The notes beneath the pieces are model-generated. The model had not been told where the DNA came from, searched no databases, and saw nothing but the letters and a program-made list of their open reading frames with translations. Position numbers and translations under genes: made by a program. This document shows positions 1 through 12,234 of a DNA stretch of 64,000 nucleotides, one piece after another. The stretch is taken from positions 96,001-160,000 of the forward strand of contig CAVPSB010000034.1 of the NCBI GenBank assembly GCA_963708025.1. The letters run 5' to 3'. Each line of letters starts with the position of its first letter. Within the stretch, counting starts at the first letter, position 1. Source of the DNA: an uncultured Candidatus Rokubacteria bacterium. GTDB lineage: Bacteria > Methylomirabilota > Methylomirabilia > Rokubacteriales > DASRDR01.

Positions 1-544
1 TCTGGATCGCGGCCATCCGGGAAGCGTTCGAGGAAGCGGGACTCCTCCTCGCCTACGACCGGAGCGGCGCCCCGCTTCGCGCCCGAGGCGTGGACGGCCG
101 AGCGGTTCGTCGAGCACCGCCGGCGTTGCCGGGCCGACAGCCGCGCGTTCCGGGCAATGGTCATCGAGGAGCAGCTCGCGCTGGCCACCGATCGCATGGC
201 GTACTGGGCCCACTGGATCACGCCGGAGGAGCGGCCGGTGCGCTACGACACCCGCTTCTTCGTCGCCGCCGCCTTTCCGGCATGGAACGCCCGATCCGGA
301 CGGCATGGAGGTGATCGGGTTCCGGTGGCTCACCACCGGAGACGCCGTCGCCCGCCACCGGGCCGGCGATCTCGTGCTGCCCGCGGTGACCCAGCAGATC
401 CTGGCGACCGTGGAGCCCTATCCGACGGTAGCGGCGCTGCTCGCGGCGGCGCCGACGCGCGAGATCCGGCCGATCCGCCCCCGCATCGTGCTACGGGACG
501 GCAAGGAGCGCATCCTGCTGCCCGACGATCCCGACTGGTTCTAG
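1..544 (+). CDS. NUDIX hydrolase, 5'-truncated by window, frameshifted
   Basis: Frame 3 from base 3 reads WIAAIREAFEEAGLLLA (Nudix box); continues as WAHWITPEERPVRYDTRFF (157 frame) and EVIGFRWLT...PDWF* (305 frame). Confidence 0.8.
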   Translation, partial: LDRGHPGSVRGSGTPPRLRPERRPASRPRRGRPSGSSSTAGVAGPTAARSGQWSSRSSSRWPPIAWRTGPTGSRRRSGRCATTPASSSPPPFRHGTPDPDGMEVIGFRWLTTGDAVARHRAGDLVLPAVTQQILATVEPYPTVAALLAAAPTREIRPIRPRIVLRDGKERILLPDDPDWF

Positions 545-547
545 CCC

Positions 548-1096
548 TTACAGGAGCGCGTCCGGGTCGGGGTAGGTGAGGGTCAGGCCCTCGACCCGGG
601 CGAAGGGCGTGAGGGCGTGACCGCGGGTCGTGCCCGGGCTCATGAGGTGCCGTACCTCGACGCCCCGGATCGTCAGCGCGTCGGCGATCAGCGACCGGTG
701 GCAGCGCCAGGGCTCGGCCTCGGTGCACGCGATCGCCGTCGCCGTGTCGCGAGCCAGCCCGAGCAGCTCCGTCAGGCCCGCCGCGAAGTCGGCCGTCTCC
801 ATGTAGTCGGCGTAGCCGCGGAAGGAGAGGTTGCGCCAGCCGGTGTTGGACGAGTCGGGCCGCGGCTTCCGGAAGCCACCGAGCGCGGGCAGGTGGCGAT
901 ACCGGATGCCGTGGGGGCCGAGGGCGCCGGCGGCGTACTCACGGTTCCACTGCGGCGTGTGGCGCGAGCGGGGCACCGTCCGCACGTCCACCAGCAGCTC
1001 CACCCCCGCGGCGCGGAGCAGCTCGACCCCGCGCTCGACGGTCCGCGTCGAGAACCCCAGCGTCCAGACACAGAGCGCGGCGACGCCGTCGCTCAC
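548..1096 (-). CDS. DUF488 family protein
   Basis: Motifs LVDVRTVPRSR, LGGFRK, FRGYADYM, ACTEAEPWRCHRSLIAD. Confidence 0.85.
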   Translation of the reverse strand: MSDGVAALCVWTLGFSTRTVERGVELLRAAGVELLVDVRTVPRSRHTPQWNREYAAGALGPHGIRYRHLPALGGFRKPRPDSSNTGWRNLSFRGYADYMETADFAAGLTELLGLARDTATAIACTEAEPWRCHRSLIADALTIRGVEVRHLMSPGTTRGHALTPFARVEGLTLTYPDPDALL

Positions 1097-1166
1097 GGCC
1101 CCTGAACCCCGGTCCGGTGCCTGTCGGTTTCTCGCAACGCTCTGATTCTGCCCACGCGGTCGTGGC

Positions 1167-1240
1167 GTTCCGCTTCGAGCCGCGGCTTGCCGCGGCCTCC
1201 GCGGGGGGGCATCGGGGGGGTCTTCCGAGACCCCCCCGAA
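1167..1240 (-). repeat. REP-like palindromic element, copy 1 (long form)
   Basis: CGGGGGGGTC-TTCCGA-GACCCCCCCG hairpin plus flank GTTCCGCTTCGAGCCGCGGC that recurs (reverse complement) at 9119-9212. Confidence 0.8.
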
Positions 1241-1245
1241 GCAAC

Positions 1246-2277
1246 TCAGGGGACCGTGATCACGAGCTTGCCGAACTGCTCCCCCTTCTGGAGGAGAGAC
1301 AGGGCGGCCGCCGTCTCGGCGAGCGGGAACGTCCGGTCGACGATCGCCTTGAGGCGTCCGGAAAAGAGTTGCCCCATCACCTCCCGGAACTCCCTCCGGT
1401 TGGCCATGGTGGAGCCGATGATCCGGAGCTGACGCCAGAAGACGATCCGGATATCCGTCTCGACGATGGGGCCGCTCGTGCCGCCGCAGGTCACCAGCCG
1501 GCCACCGCTGGCGAGCGACCGGATCGACCCCGCCCAGGTGGCCGTCCCGACGTCGTCGAGGACGACGTTGACGCCCCGCTTGCCGGTCCAGTCCCGCACG
1601 GCCTTGGTCCAGTCCCCCTGCGTGTAGTTGAACCCCTCGTCGGCGCCGAGGGCCTTGGCCCGGCGGAGCTTCTCGTCCGAGCTGGACGTGACGAAGACCC
1701 GGGCGCCGCAGAGTTTCCCGATCTGGACCGCGGTCGAGGCGACGCCGCCGCCGACCCCGAGGACGAGCAGGTCCTCGGCCGGCCGGAGCGCGGCCTGGGT
1801 GACCAGCATGCGCCAGGCGGTCATGTTGACCAGGACGAACGCCGCCGCCTCCTCGAAGCCGACGTGGGAGGGGAGCGGCAGCAGGTTCGCGGCCGCCGCC
1901 ACCACGTACTCCGCGAGGCCGCCCCGGATGTGCTCACCGAGAATGCCGTATCGCACGCACATCGAGTCCTCGCCGCGGACGCACCATTCGCAGACGCCGC
2001 ACGAGAGGCTCGGGTTCACCGCGACGCGCGTCCCGACCGGGGGACCGCTGACGCCGGCGCCCAGCGCCGCCACCTCGCCGGCGATGTCGCAGCCGGTCCA
2101 GAACGGAAGCGGCGTCTTGAGGGCGGGCAGTCCGCCGAGGACCCAGAGGTCCAGGTGGTTCAGCGCGCACGCGCGGACGCGGATGAGCGCCTCGCCCGCG
2201 CCGGGGGTGGGCGTCGGCACCTCCTCGACATGGACCCGCTCGGGCCCGCCGAACTCCTGGAAGACGGCTGCCTTCAT
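1246..2277 (-). CDS. Zinc-binding medium-chain dehydrogenase/reductase
   Basis: GroES-like N-terminus, structural Zn motif CGVCEWC...C, Rossmann GVGGGVA, C-terminal QFGKLVI. Confidence 0.9.
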   Translation of the reverse strand: MKAAVFQEFGGPERVHVEEVPTPTPGAGEALIRVRACALNHLDLWVLGGLPALKTPLPFWTGCDIAGEVAALGAGVSGPPVGTRVAVNPSLSCGVCEWCVRGEDSMCVRYGILGEHIRGGLAEYVVAAAANLLPLPSHVGFEEAAAFVLVNMTAWRMLVTQAALRPAEDLLVLGVGGGVASTAVQIGKLCGARVFVTSSSDEKLRRAKALGADEGFNYTQGDWTKAVRDWTGKRGVNVVLDDVGTATWAGSIRSLASGGRLVTCGGTSGPIVETDIRIVFWRQLRIIGSTMANRREFREVMGQLFSGRLKAIVDRTFPLAETAAALSLLQKGEQFGKLVITVP

Positions 2278-2384
2278 CCTTCGCTCCTCCGTGCTGCGAG
2301 ACGCAATCGAACGGTGGGTCGAAACGAACGGGCCTGCCGTGTGCCCACGGCAGGCCCCATTCTAGCGAAGTGGATCGGCTTGGA

Positions 2385-2819
2385 CTAGTAGCGGTAGCCG
2401 GGGACCCAGACCCATCCCCACCCGTTCCACACCCACTGGCCCGGGCGATAGTAAGGACCGGGCGCCCACCCCGCGTGGCCGTGACCCCACCCGGGCCGGC
2501 CGCTCCAGTAGTACCCGCCGCGATGACCCCATCCGTCGTGCCTGCCGCCGTCATGACCCCAGTCCCGGTCCCGGCCGCCACCGCGGCCATGGTCGGGGAC
2601 GCTGCCGTACCACTGCCCCCGGGGACCGCCCTGTCCCTGGGCCGGGACCGGGCTGATCGACCAGACGCCGCTCACCCCGGGCCGGGACGGCTGGATCTGC
2701 AGACTGCCGGCCGCCGCTAACACCGGCCACCCCGTCCCGGCGACCAGGAGCCCGAGGGCCAGCCCCAGGCCCATTGCCGCCTTCACACCGCCCCGCTTGC
2801 CTCGCATCGTCTCCATCAT
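2385..2819 (-). CDS. Small exported Gly/Trp/His-rich protein
   Basis: GGAGGG RBS before ATG; basic N-terminus plus hydrophobic signal; low-complexity [13 protein letters not shown]...[14 protein letters not shown] tail. Confidence 0.6.
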   Translation of the reverse strand: MMETMRGKRGGVKAAMGLGLALGLLVAGTGWPVLAAAGSLQIQPSRPGVSGVWSISPVPAQGQGGPRGQWYGSVPDHGRGGGRDRDWGHDGGRHDGWGHRGGYYWSGRPGWGHGHAGWAPGPYYRPGQWVWNGWGWVWVPGYRY

Positions 2820-2919
2820 GCCCTCCTTCGTCTGGCCGGTTAGACGCCCGGGGTGGCGGCGGGTATTCGGAACCCGTGACCGGGAGTGCCGGCCGTACAA
2901 TGGACACGGGCGGTTCCGT

Positions 2920-5067
<2,148 letters not shown>

Positions 5068-5289
5068 TCGCCTCGGGGGGCCGCCGGGGTTCTTGACAAG
5101 CTTCCGGCCCGTCTGTTTAGATACCGGACAGACTCAGCCCTCGATCTGCAAGTGCGCGAGGCGGATCGCACCCTGTCCACCCTCACCCAACCTCTCCTCG
5201 AAGGGAGAAGGACTGGAGTGGGAGGGCCCCGAGTTTCCGAGCCTGATCTCCGGCCCGCCCCGGGCGGGCTGGACCTCCGGAGGCCAACG

Positions 5290-6480
5290 ATGACACGTCG
5301 AATCGGCATCGCGTCCCTCCTCCTGGTCGTCGTGGCGGCGGGCATCGTGCTCCTCGCCGGACCCGGGCTGGCCCAGGGCCCCGTCAAGATCGGCGCCTCC
5401 TTGTCCCTGACCGGGACCTATGCGGCGCCCGGCCAGAACCACCAGCGGGGCTACCAGCTCTGCGCCAAGCACGTGAACGAGAAGGGCGGCGTGCTGGGGC
5501 GGAAGCTCGAGTTCGTGCTCTACGACGACCAGTCCATGCCGGCCACCGCGGTGCGGCTGTACGAGCGGCTGGTCTCCCAGGACCGGGTCGACCTCCTGAT
5601 GGGGCCGTACTCGTCGCCCGTCAGCGAGGCGGTCGCCAGCGTCAACGAGAAGTACAAGATGCCCATGGTGGCGCCGATGGCGTCCACCACCTCGATCTTC
5701 AAGAAGGGACGCAAGTTCATCTTCATGGTCCAGTCGCCCGCCGAGGTGTACCTCGAGGGCGTCATCGAGCTGGCCGCCAAGAAGGGCTTGAAGACGGTGG
5801 CCCTGATCAACGAGGACACGCTCTTCCCCAAGGCCACGGTGCAGGGGACCATCGAGCTGGCCAAGAAGAAGGGACTCCAGGTCGTCTTCGTGGAGGCCTA
5901 CCCGAAGGGCCACACCGATTTCTCGGGGATCCTGACCAAGGTGAAGGCGACCAACCCCGACGTCCTGGGGGCCTCCACCTACTTCGACGACGCGGTGGCC
6001 ATCACCCGGCAGATGAAGGAGCTGAACGTCAACCCGAAGATGTACGCGGTGACGGTCGGCGGGGACCTGCCCAAGTTCTACGAGCTGCTCGGGAAGAACG
6101 CCGAGTTCGTGTATGGCGCGAGCCAGTGGGAGCCGGAGCTGCCCTACCCGGGCGCCGCCGAGTTCACCGAGGCGTACAAGAAGGAGTTCCCGGGAGCCGA
6201 TCTCTCCTACCACTCGGCCGGCGGGTACGGCGGCTGTCAGATCCTGGTCGAGGCCGTCAAGCGGGCCGGCTCGCTGGACGCGGAGAAGATCCGCGCCGAG
6301 ATCCTGAAGCTCGACACCAACACGGTCTACGGCGCGTTCAAGGTTGACGCCGACGGCTTCCAGCTCACGCACAAGATGGTCATGTTCCAGTGGCAGGACG
6401 GCAAGAAGGCCATCGTGTGGCCGGACGAGCTGGCGACCGGCCAGCTCCGGTACCCGACACCGCCCTGGAACGCGCGCTAG
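5290..6480 (+). CDS. Branched-chain amino acid-type ABC substrate-binding protein
   Basis: Signal peptide, KIGASLSLTG, NEKGGVLGRKLE, YDDQS; GGAGG RBS. Confidence 0.9.
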   Translation: MTRRIGIASLLLVVVAAGIVLLAGPGLAQGPVKIGASLSLTGTYAAPGQNHQRGYQLCAKHVNEKGGVLGRKLEFVLYDDQSMPATAVRLYERLVSQDRVDLLMGPYSSPVSEAVASVNEKYKMPMVAPMASTTSIFKKGRKFIFMVQSPAEVYLEGVIELAAKKGLKTVALINEDTLFPKATVQGTIELAKKKGLQVVFVEAYPKGHTDFSGILTKVKATNPDVLGASTYFDDAVAITRQMKELNVNPKMYAVTVGGDLPKFYELLGKNAEFVYGASQWEPELPYPGAAEFTEAYKKEFPGADLSYHSAGGYGGCQILVEAVKRAGSLDAEKIRAEILKLDTNTVYGAFKVDADGFQLTHKMVMFQWQDGKKAIVWPDELATGQLRYPTPPWNAR

Positions 6481-6558
6481 GGCGAGGGAGCCGCTGACCT
6501 CCGACGGCCGCGACGCCCGCCGGAAGACCGGCGGGCGTCCGTGCGTCAGGATCTCGCG

Positions 6559-7437
6559 ATGAACGTCCCGATCACCCCGGAGATGGTGGCCCAGGTGGTC
6601 GTCTCCGGTCTCCTGTCCGGCTCGCTGTACGCGATGGTCGCGCTCGGCCTGGCGCTCATCTACGGCGTGATGCGCGTCATCAACATCGCCCACGGGACCC
6701 TCCTCACGGTCGGCGCCTACACGACCTTCTGGTGGTTCAACCTGCTCGGGCTCAACCCGTACCTCTCGCTGGTGCTCTCGATGCCGCTCACCTTCGTGCT
6801 CGGGATGGGGCTCCAGCGCGTCATGGTGCGCCGGGTGGTCCGGGCCCCCGAGCTGTCCTCGCTCCTCCTGACCTTCGGCATCTCCATCGCGCTGGTGAAT
6901 GTCCTCCAGCTCTTCTTCAAATCGGACCTCCGCTCGGTCGAGTTCCTGACCGGCGCCTTCGTCGTCGGCCAGGTGGCCTTCTCGAAGTCCCGGGTGGTGG
7001 CCTTCGCCTTCGCGGTGGTGATCACGGCCCTGGCCTACTGGTTCCTCCAGCGGACGCGCTTCGGCAAGGCCATCCGCGCCACCTCCCAGAATCAGGAGGT
7101 GGCGATGGTCTGCGGCGTGAACGTGGAGCGCGTCCACATGTACACCTTCGGCATCGCCTCCGCGCTGGCGGCGGCCGGCGGCAGCCTGGTCGCGGTGATG
7201 ATCGCCATCCAGCCCGAGATGGGGCAGGTCTACACCTTCAAGTCCTTCCTGGTGATCGTGCTGGGCGGGGCCGGCAACTATCCGGGGGCCCTGCTGGGCG
7301 GGATGCTCCTGGGTCTCGTCGAGCAGCTCTCCTCGCTGTTCCTGACCACGCAGCTCAACGAGGCCGTCGCCTACACCCTGCTCGTGCTCGTCCTGCTGCT
7401 GCGCCCCACCGGGCTCCTGGGGGGCCGGGCGACGTGA
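6559..7437 (+). CDS. livH: Branched-chain amino acid ABC permease
   Basis: GLALIYGVMRVINIAHG, TRFGKAIRATSQN, LRPTGLLG. Confidence 0.9.
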   Translation: MNVPITPEMVAQVVVSGLLSGSLYAMVALGLALIYGVMRVINIAHGTLLTVGAYTTFWWFNLLGLNPYLSLVLSMPLTFVLGMGLQRVMVRRVVRAPELSSLLLTFGISIALVNVLQLFFKSDLRSVEFLTGAFVVGQVAFSKSRVVAFAFAVVITALAYWFLQRTRFGKAIRATSQNQEVAMVCGVNVERVHMYTFGIASALAAAGGSLVAVMIAIQPEMGQVYTFKSFLVIVLGGAGNYPGALLGGMLLGLVEQLSSLFLTTQLNEAVAYTLLVLVLLLRPTGLLGGRAT

Positions 7438-8354
7438 GGCGGGGCCTGCTGCTCGCCGGCGCCGCCGGTCTGGTCGCGCTCGGGCTCTACCCGCTGATCG
7501 GCAGCGGGTACGGCGTCCGCTTCATGCTCCAGCTCTTCATGTGGATCGCGCTCGCCCAGAGCTGGAACCTGATCTCCGGCCTGACCGGCTACGTCTCGTT
7601 CGGCCACGTCGCCTTCTTCGGCACCGGGGCCTACGCCACCGCGATCCTGGCCACCACCCACGGCTGGCACTGGGCGCCGGCGGCCCTGGGCGGCGGGGTG
7701 GCGGCGGTGGTGCTGGCGCTGGTCATCGGCTACCCGTGCCTGCGCCTGAAGGGCCCCTACTTCGCGATCTCGATGCTGGGGCTCAACGAGGTCATGCGGG
7801 TGCTCGTCTCGTACTTCGAGGGCCTGACCGGCGGCGGGCTGGGGCTGTCGCTCCCGGCCCTCTACGCCAGTGTCCCGATCTACTACGCCATGGGCCTGTC
7901 GGCGCTGGTGGTGACGGCGGCCGCCCACCTCATCATCACCTCGCGCTTCGGCCTCCGGCTCATGACCGTGCGCGAAGACGAGATCGCGGCGGAGGCGATG
8001 GGGATCGACACCGCCCGCCACAAGCTGTACGCGTTCCTGCTCTCGGCGTTCGTCCCCGGCGTCGTGGGCGGCCTCTTCGCCCGGGACCAGGGGTACATCG
8101 AGCCGGTCTCGGTGTTCCCGCTCGCCTTCACGATCACGATGGTGGTGATGGCGCTGTTCGGAGGGAAGGGGACGGTGTGGGGGCCGGTCCTGGGCGCGGT
8201 GTGCCTCTTCGTCTTCCAGGAGCTGGTGTGGGCGAACTTCATGTACCTGCACCAGCTCTTCTTCGGCGCGATCATCATCGTGGTGGTGCTGTTCCTGCCG
8301 CGCGGCATTCTCGGCGTGCTGCAGCAGCGCTATCGCCTCCCGCGGTATGTCTGA
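7434..8354 (+). CDS. livM: Branched-chain amino acid ABC permease
   Basis: GTGA overlap with livH; WNLISGLTGYVSFGH, LRLKGPYFAI, VREDEIAAEAMGID. Confidence 0.9.
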   Translation: MRRGLLLAGAAGLVALGLYPLIGSGYGVRFMLQLFMWIALAQSWNLISGLTGYVSFGHVAFFGTGAYATAILATTHGWHWAPAALGGGVAAVVLALVIGYPCLRLKGPYFAISMLGLNEVMRVLVSYFEGLTGGGLGLSLPALYASVPIYYAMGLSALVVTAAAHLIITSRFGLRLMTVREDEIAAEAMGIDTARHKLYAFLLSAFVPGVVGGLFARDQGYIEPVSVFPLAFTITMVVMALFGGKGTVWGPVLGAVCLFVFQELVWANFMYLHQLFFGAIIIVVVLFLPRGILGVLQQRYRLPRYV

Positions 8355-9114
8355 TCCGCCCGGGATCCGCGAGGCGAGACCGCCGGGGCCGCCGGGCGGG
8401 AACGGGGGGGCCGGCCCGATCCTCGAGGTGTCGGAGCTGACCAAGCGCTTCGGGGGCGTCACCGCCGTCAACCGCTGCTCTCTCACGCTGCCGCCCGGCC
8501 GCATCTACGGGCTCATCGGCCCGAACGGCTCGGGCAAGACCACGCTCTTCAACTGCATCACCGGCCTGGCCCTGCGGGACGCCGGGGCCATCCACTTCCG
8601 GGGTCGGCGGATCGACGGGCTCCCCGCCCACCGGATCGCCCGGCTCGGCATCGGGCGGACGTTCCAGGTCATCCGCGTCTTCCCCGAGCTCACGGCGCTG
8701 GAGAACCTCCTGGTCGTCTCCAGGGGCGACCGCGACGTGGCCATCGGGCGGGCCCGGAGCCTCCTGGTCTTCGTCCGGCTCGACCGGCTGGAGTCCGAGT
8801 TCGCCGGGAACCTCTCCTACGGCCAGCAGAAGCTTTTGGAGCTGATGCGGGTCCTGATGCTCGACCCGACGCTGATCCTGCTCGACGAGCCGGCGGCTGG
8901 CGTGAACCGGACGCTGCTCAACGAGCTGATCGAGGCGATCCGGCGGCTGCGGGACGAGGGGCGGACGATCCTGATCGTCGAGCACGACATGAAGGTCGTG
9001 ATGGGGCTCTGCGAGCGCGTCTTCGTCCTGGACTACGGGGAGAAGATCGCCGAGGGTCCGCCGGAGGCGATCCAGGCCGACGAGCGGGTCATCGAGGCGT
9101 ACTTTGGACGCTAA
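8347..9114 (+). CDS. livG: ABC ATP-binding protein (LivG-like)
   Basis: GPNGSGKTT, LSYGQQK, LLDEPAAG, VIEAYFG. Confidence 0.9.
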   Translation: MSDPPGIREARPPGPPGGNGGAGPILEVSELTKRFGGVTAVNRCSLTLPPGRIYGLIGPNGSGKTTLFNCITGLALRDAGAIHFRGRRIDGLPAHRIARLGIGRTFQVIRVFPELTALENLLVVSRGDRDVAIGRARSLLVFVRLDRLESEFAGNLSYGQQKLLELMRVLMLDPTLILLDEPAAGVNRTLLNELIEAIRRLRDEGRTILIVEHDMKVVMGLCERVFVLDYGEKIAEGPPEAIQADERVIEAYFGR

Positions 9115-9118
9115 GTCA

Positions 9119-9212
9119 TTCGGGGGGGTCTCGGAAGACCCCCCCGATGCCCCCCTCGGAGGCCGCGACTGTGGGACGGCCTTCGGCCTTTGGCCGCGGC
9201 TCGAAGTGGAAC
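9119..9212 (+). repeat. REP-like palindromic element, copy 2 (long form)
   Basis: TTCGGGGGGGTCTCGGAAGACCCCCCCGATGCCCCCC 4 nt after livG stop, followed by GGCCGCGGCTCGAAGTGGAAC matching the flank of copy 1. Confidence 0.8.
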
Positions 9213-10821
9213 GTCATGGCCGCGAGGCCTGAAGCGGGAGGGTGGCGAGAAGCCAGCGGGCGGCGGGAATGGGAGCCGCTGGGGCTCTTTCACGGATGCT
9301 CGCGCGGCGGCACTGGCCCCTCCGGTGGGGACCCACCGCGAGGCGCGGCTGGGCATTGCGACGCTGGCCGGAGTGGCGATCGGCGCCACCGGACTCCTCG
9401 CCGGGTACCTCACGATCAGGTCGCTGGGCTGGCCGCTCGTCCACGACGCGCCGCTGATGCACTACATCGCGGCGCGGCTGCTGGAGGGCGCGGTCCCCTA
9501 CCGGGACCTCTTCGACATGAACTTCCCCGGCGTCTACCTCGTGCACGCGCTGGGCCTCGCCCTCTTCGGACGGGGTGATCTCGCCTTCCGGGCCCTCGAC
9601 CTCCTCGTGCTGGCGGGAACGGTCGTGGGACTCGGCGTCGGGCTGGCGGGATTCGGGCGCCGGGCGGTGCTCGCCGCAGGCGTGCTCTTCTGGCTGTATC
9701 ACCTCGCCGGGGGCGCCTGGCGGGCCGGGCAGCGGGACTTCATCCTGTGCCTGCCCCTCGCCTGGTTCGCGGCCGCCGCCCTGGCCGACGTCGAGCGGCC
9801 GCGCCAGCGCACCCTCGGGCTGGCCGGGGTCGCGCTCGGTGCCGCTCTCTGGATGAAGCCGCACGCGATCTTCTTCCTCCCGCTGCTCGGCTGGCTCGCC
9901 GGGCGGCGGCCTCCCGGCGCTCGGGCTCGCGCCCTGGCGCAGGCCGCGCTGGGCGTGGCCCTGCCGGCGATCCCGGTGCTGGTCTGGCTGGCGGGGGCCG
10001 GGGCGCTGTCCGCGTTCGCCGACATCGTGGTTGGCTACCTCGTGCCGCTCTACAGCCGTCTCGGGCGCGAGTCGCTCGTCGCCGCCGTTCGGGGCCACGA
10101 TCTCGGCCCCCTGGTCCTCACCGGGCTCGGGCTGTGGGCGCTGGCGGGATGGCTGGCGCTCGGCGGCGCCCGGGTGCGCGACGGGCGGGCCGTGGTGCTG
10201 GCGGCCGGCGTTGCCTACGGCGTGCTCCACTTCGCGGTGCAGGGCAAGGGGTGGGAGTACCAGCTCTATCCGCTGGCCCTCTTCCTGGTGGCCTGCGGGG
10301 CGGCCGGCTTTGCCGTCGCGCTCGAGCGCGGTCGCCCCGCGCTGGCGGGGCTGCTGGTCGCCGGTCTGGTCGTCTCGGCCGGGGCCCTCGGCGTGAAGGG
10401 AGCCCGCAACCTGGATCCGGCCTGGATCGCCGCGAAGCGGGCTCGGGTGGCGGCGGTGACGGCCGCGCTGGCGCCGCTGGTCCCGGCCGGGGCCACCGTC
10501 CAGGTCCTCGACACGACGGACGGCGGCGTCCACGCGCTCTATCTCCTGCGGCTTCGCCAGCCCACCCGCTTCCTCTACGACTTCCACTTCTACCACGACG
10601 TCGAGCATCCGTTCGTCCGACGCCTCCGGGCCGAGCTGCTGGCGGGGCTGCGCGCGCGGCCGCCGGCGGCCGTGGTGCTCTTCGAGCGCGGCTGGCCCGG
10701 CGGCGACTACGGGCGACTCCGGCAATTCCCGGAGCTGGCCACGTGGCTCGAGGCCGGCTACCGGGTCGCGAGGGACGGCGACGGGTTCCGGGTCTATGCG
10801 GCGCGAGGGGCCGGGAGCTGA
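9190..10821 (+). CDS. Polytopic membrane glycosyltransferase, GT-C/ArnT-PMT-like (true start probably further downstream)
   Basis: HDAPLMHYIA...GAVPYRDLFDMNFPG motif after first TM, many TM segments, WMKP, soluble C-terminal domain. Confidence 0.65.
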   Translation: MAAARSGTSWPRGLKREGGEKPAGGGNGSRWGSFTDARAAALAPPVGTHREARLGIATLAGVAIGATGLLAGYLTIRSLGWPLVHDAPLMHYIAARLLEGAVPYRDLFDMNFPGVYLVHALGLALFGRGDLAFRALDLLVLAGTVVGLGVGLAGFGRRAVLAAGVLFWLYHLAGGAWRAGQRDFILCLPLAWFAAAALADVERPRQRTLGLAGVALGAALWMKPHAIFFLPLLGWLAGRRPPGARARALAQAALGVALPAIPVLVWLAGAGALSAFADIVVGYLVPLYSRLGRESLVAAVRGHDLGPLVLTGLGLWALAGWLALGGARVRDGRAVVLAAGVAYGVLHFAVQGKGWEYQLYPLALFLVACGAAGFAVALERGRPALAGLLVAGLVVSAGALGVKGARNLDPAWIAAKRARVAAVTAALAPLVPAGATVQVLDTTDGGVHALYLLRLRQPTRFLYDFHFYHDVEHPFVRRLRAELLAGLRARPPAAVVLFERGWPGGDYGRLRQFPELATWLEAGYRVARDGDGFRVYAARGAGS

Positions 10822-11476
10822 ATGCGACGCGAGGCGATCGCGCGCGTGGTCGCGGCCTACGACGACCCGATCATCCGGGCCTACTCGTGGGGACGGTTCC
10901 TGATCCTGCGCCAGCGCTTCCTCGACGAGATCGGCCAGTACCTGCCGGACGAGGGGACGGTGCTCGACATCGGCTGCGGCTTCGGCCTCTTCTCGCTCTA
11001 CTACGCGCAGCTCCTCCCGCGGCGCTTCCTTCCAGGGGGTCAACCTGAACGCCCGCCGGATCGCCCTGGCCACCGCGGCCGCACGGCGACTCGGGCTCGC
11101 CAACGTCGCCTACGCGGTGGATGACGCCCGCGGCTACCGGGTGGCGGGGACGCTGGCGGCCGCCTACATGCTCGACATCGTCCACCACGTCCCGCCGGAG
11201 ACGGTCGGGCCGCTGCTCTCGGAGCTGCACAAGGCGATCCGGCCGGGCGGGCGGCTCATCGTCAAGGACGTGGATACCCGGCCCACCTACAAGCGCTGGT
11301 TCACCCACGCGCTCGACCTCCTGATGAGCCCCCGGGGCGTCATCCACTACTGGCCGGCCGCCGAGCTGCAGCTCCTCCTCGAGCGCATCGGCTTCCGCGT
11401 GTACCGTCACCTCATGGTCAACGTCCTGCCGTACCCGCACGTGCTCTTCGTCTGCCACCGGGACCGAGATGGCTGA
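10822..11476 (+). CDS. Class I SAM-dependent methyltransferase, frameshift near 11030
   Basis: VLDIGCGFG; after shift DDAR...LDIVHHV...RPGGRLIVKD. Confidence 0.8.
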
Positions 11477-12188
11477 CGCGCCCCTGCTGGTCGTCGAGGA
11501 CGTCCACGCCGGCTACGGCCGGATCCCCGTCCTCCACGGGGTCACGCTCCGGGTGGGCGCCCGCGAGGTCGTCTCCATCATCGGCCCCAACGGCGCGGGG
11601 AAGTCAACGACCTTCAAGGTGATGGTCGGCCTCCTGACCCCCCGGCAGGGGCGCGTGCGCTTCGACGGCGAAGACGTCACCGGGCGCCGCCCCGACGAGG
11701 TGCTGCGCCGCGGGCTGGCCTACGTGCCGCAGGGCCGGCTCGTCTTTCCCCAGATGACCGTGCTGGAGAACCTGGAGATGGGGGCGTACATCGAGCGCGA
11801 CCGCCGCCGGTCGGCCGACGCCCTCGCCCGCGTCTACCAGCTCTTCCCGGTGCTGCAGGAGCGGTCCCGGCAGGCGGCGGGGACGCTCTCCGGGGGCGAG
11901 CAGCAGATGCTGGCCATCGGTCGGGCTCTCATGACCCAGCCACGGCTCCTCCTGCTCGACGAGCCATCGCTCGGCCTCTCCCCCAAGTTTCTCGCGATCA
12001 TCTTCGAGAAGATCGCCGAGCTGAAGGCGGCCGGGATGACGATGATGATCGTCGAGCAGAACGCGGTCAAGGCGCTGGCGGTGGCGGACCGCGCGTACGT
12101 CCTGGAGCTGGGCCGGAACCGGTTCGAAGGTCCTGGCCCCGCGCTCCTGGCCGATCCCGACGTCAAGCGCCTCTACCTCGGCGGGTAG
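11469..12188 (+). CDS. livF: ABC ATP-binding protein (LivF-like)
   Basis: GPNGAGKST, YVPQGR, LSGGEQQMLA, LLDEPSLGLSP, VEQNA, YLGG. Confidence 0.92.
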   Translation: MADAPLLVVEDVHAGYGRIPVLHGVTLRVGAREVVSIIGPNGAGKSTTFKVMVGLLTPRQGRVRFDGEDVTGRRPDEVLRRGLAYVPQGRLVFPQMTVLENLEMGAYIERDRRRSADALARVYQLFPVLQERSRQAAGTLSGGEQQMLAIGRALMTQPRLLLLDEPSLGLSPKFLAIIFEKIAELKAAGMTMMIVEQNAVKALAVADRAYVLELGRNRFEGPGPALLADPDVKRLYLGG

Positions 12189-12234
12189 TGCGACCGTTCT
12201 CGGCCCGGTCGCCGACCCATGAGATGATTGCCCC

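Noticed and set aside
5093-5123. TTGACA promoter upstream of the ABC binding protein
   Set aside because: No convincing -10 hexamer at 16-18 nt spacing
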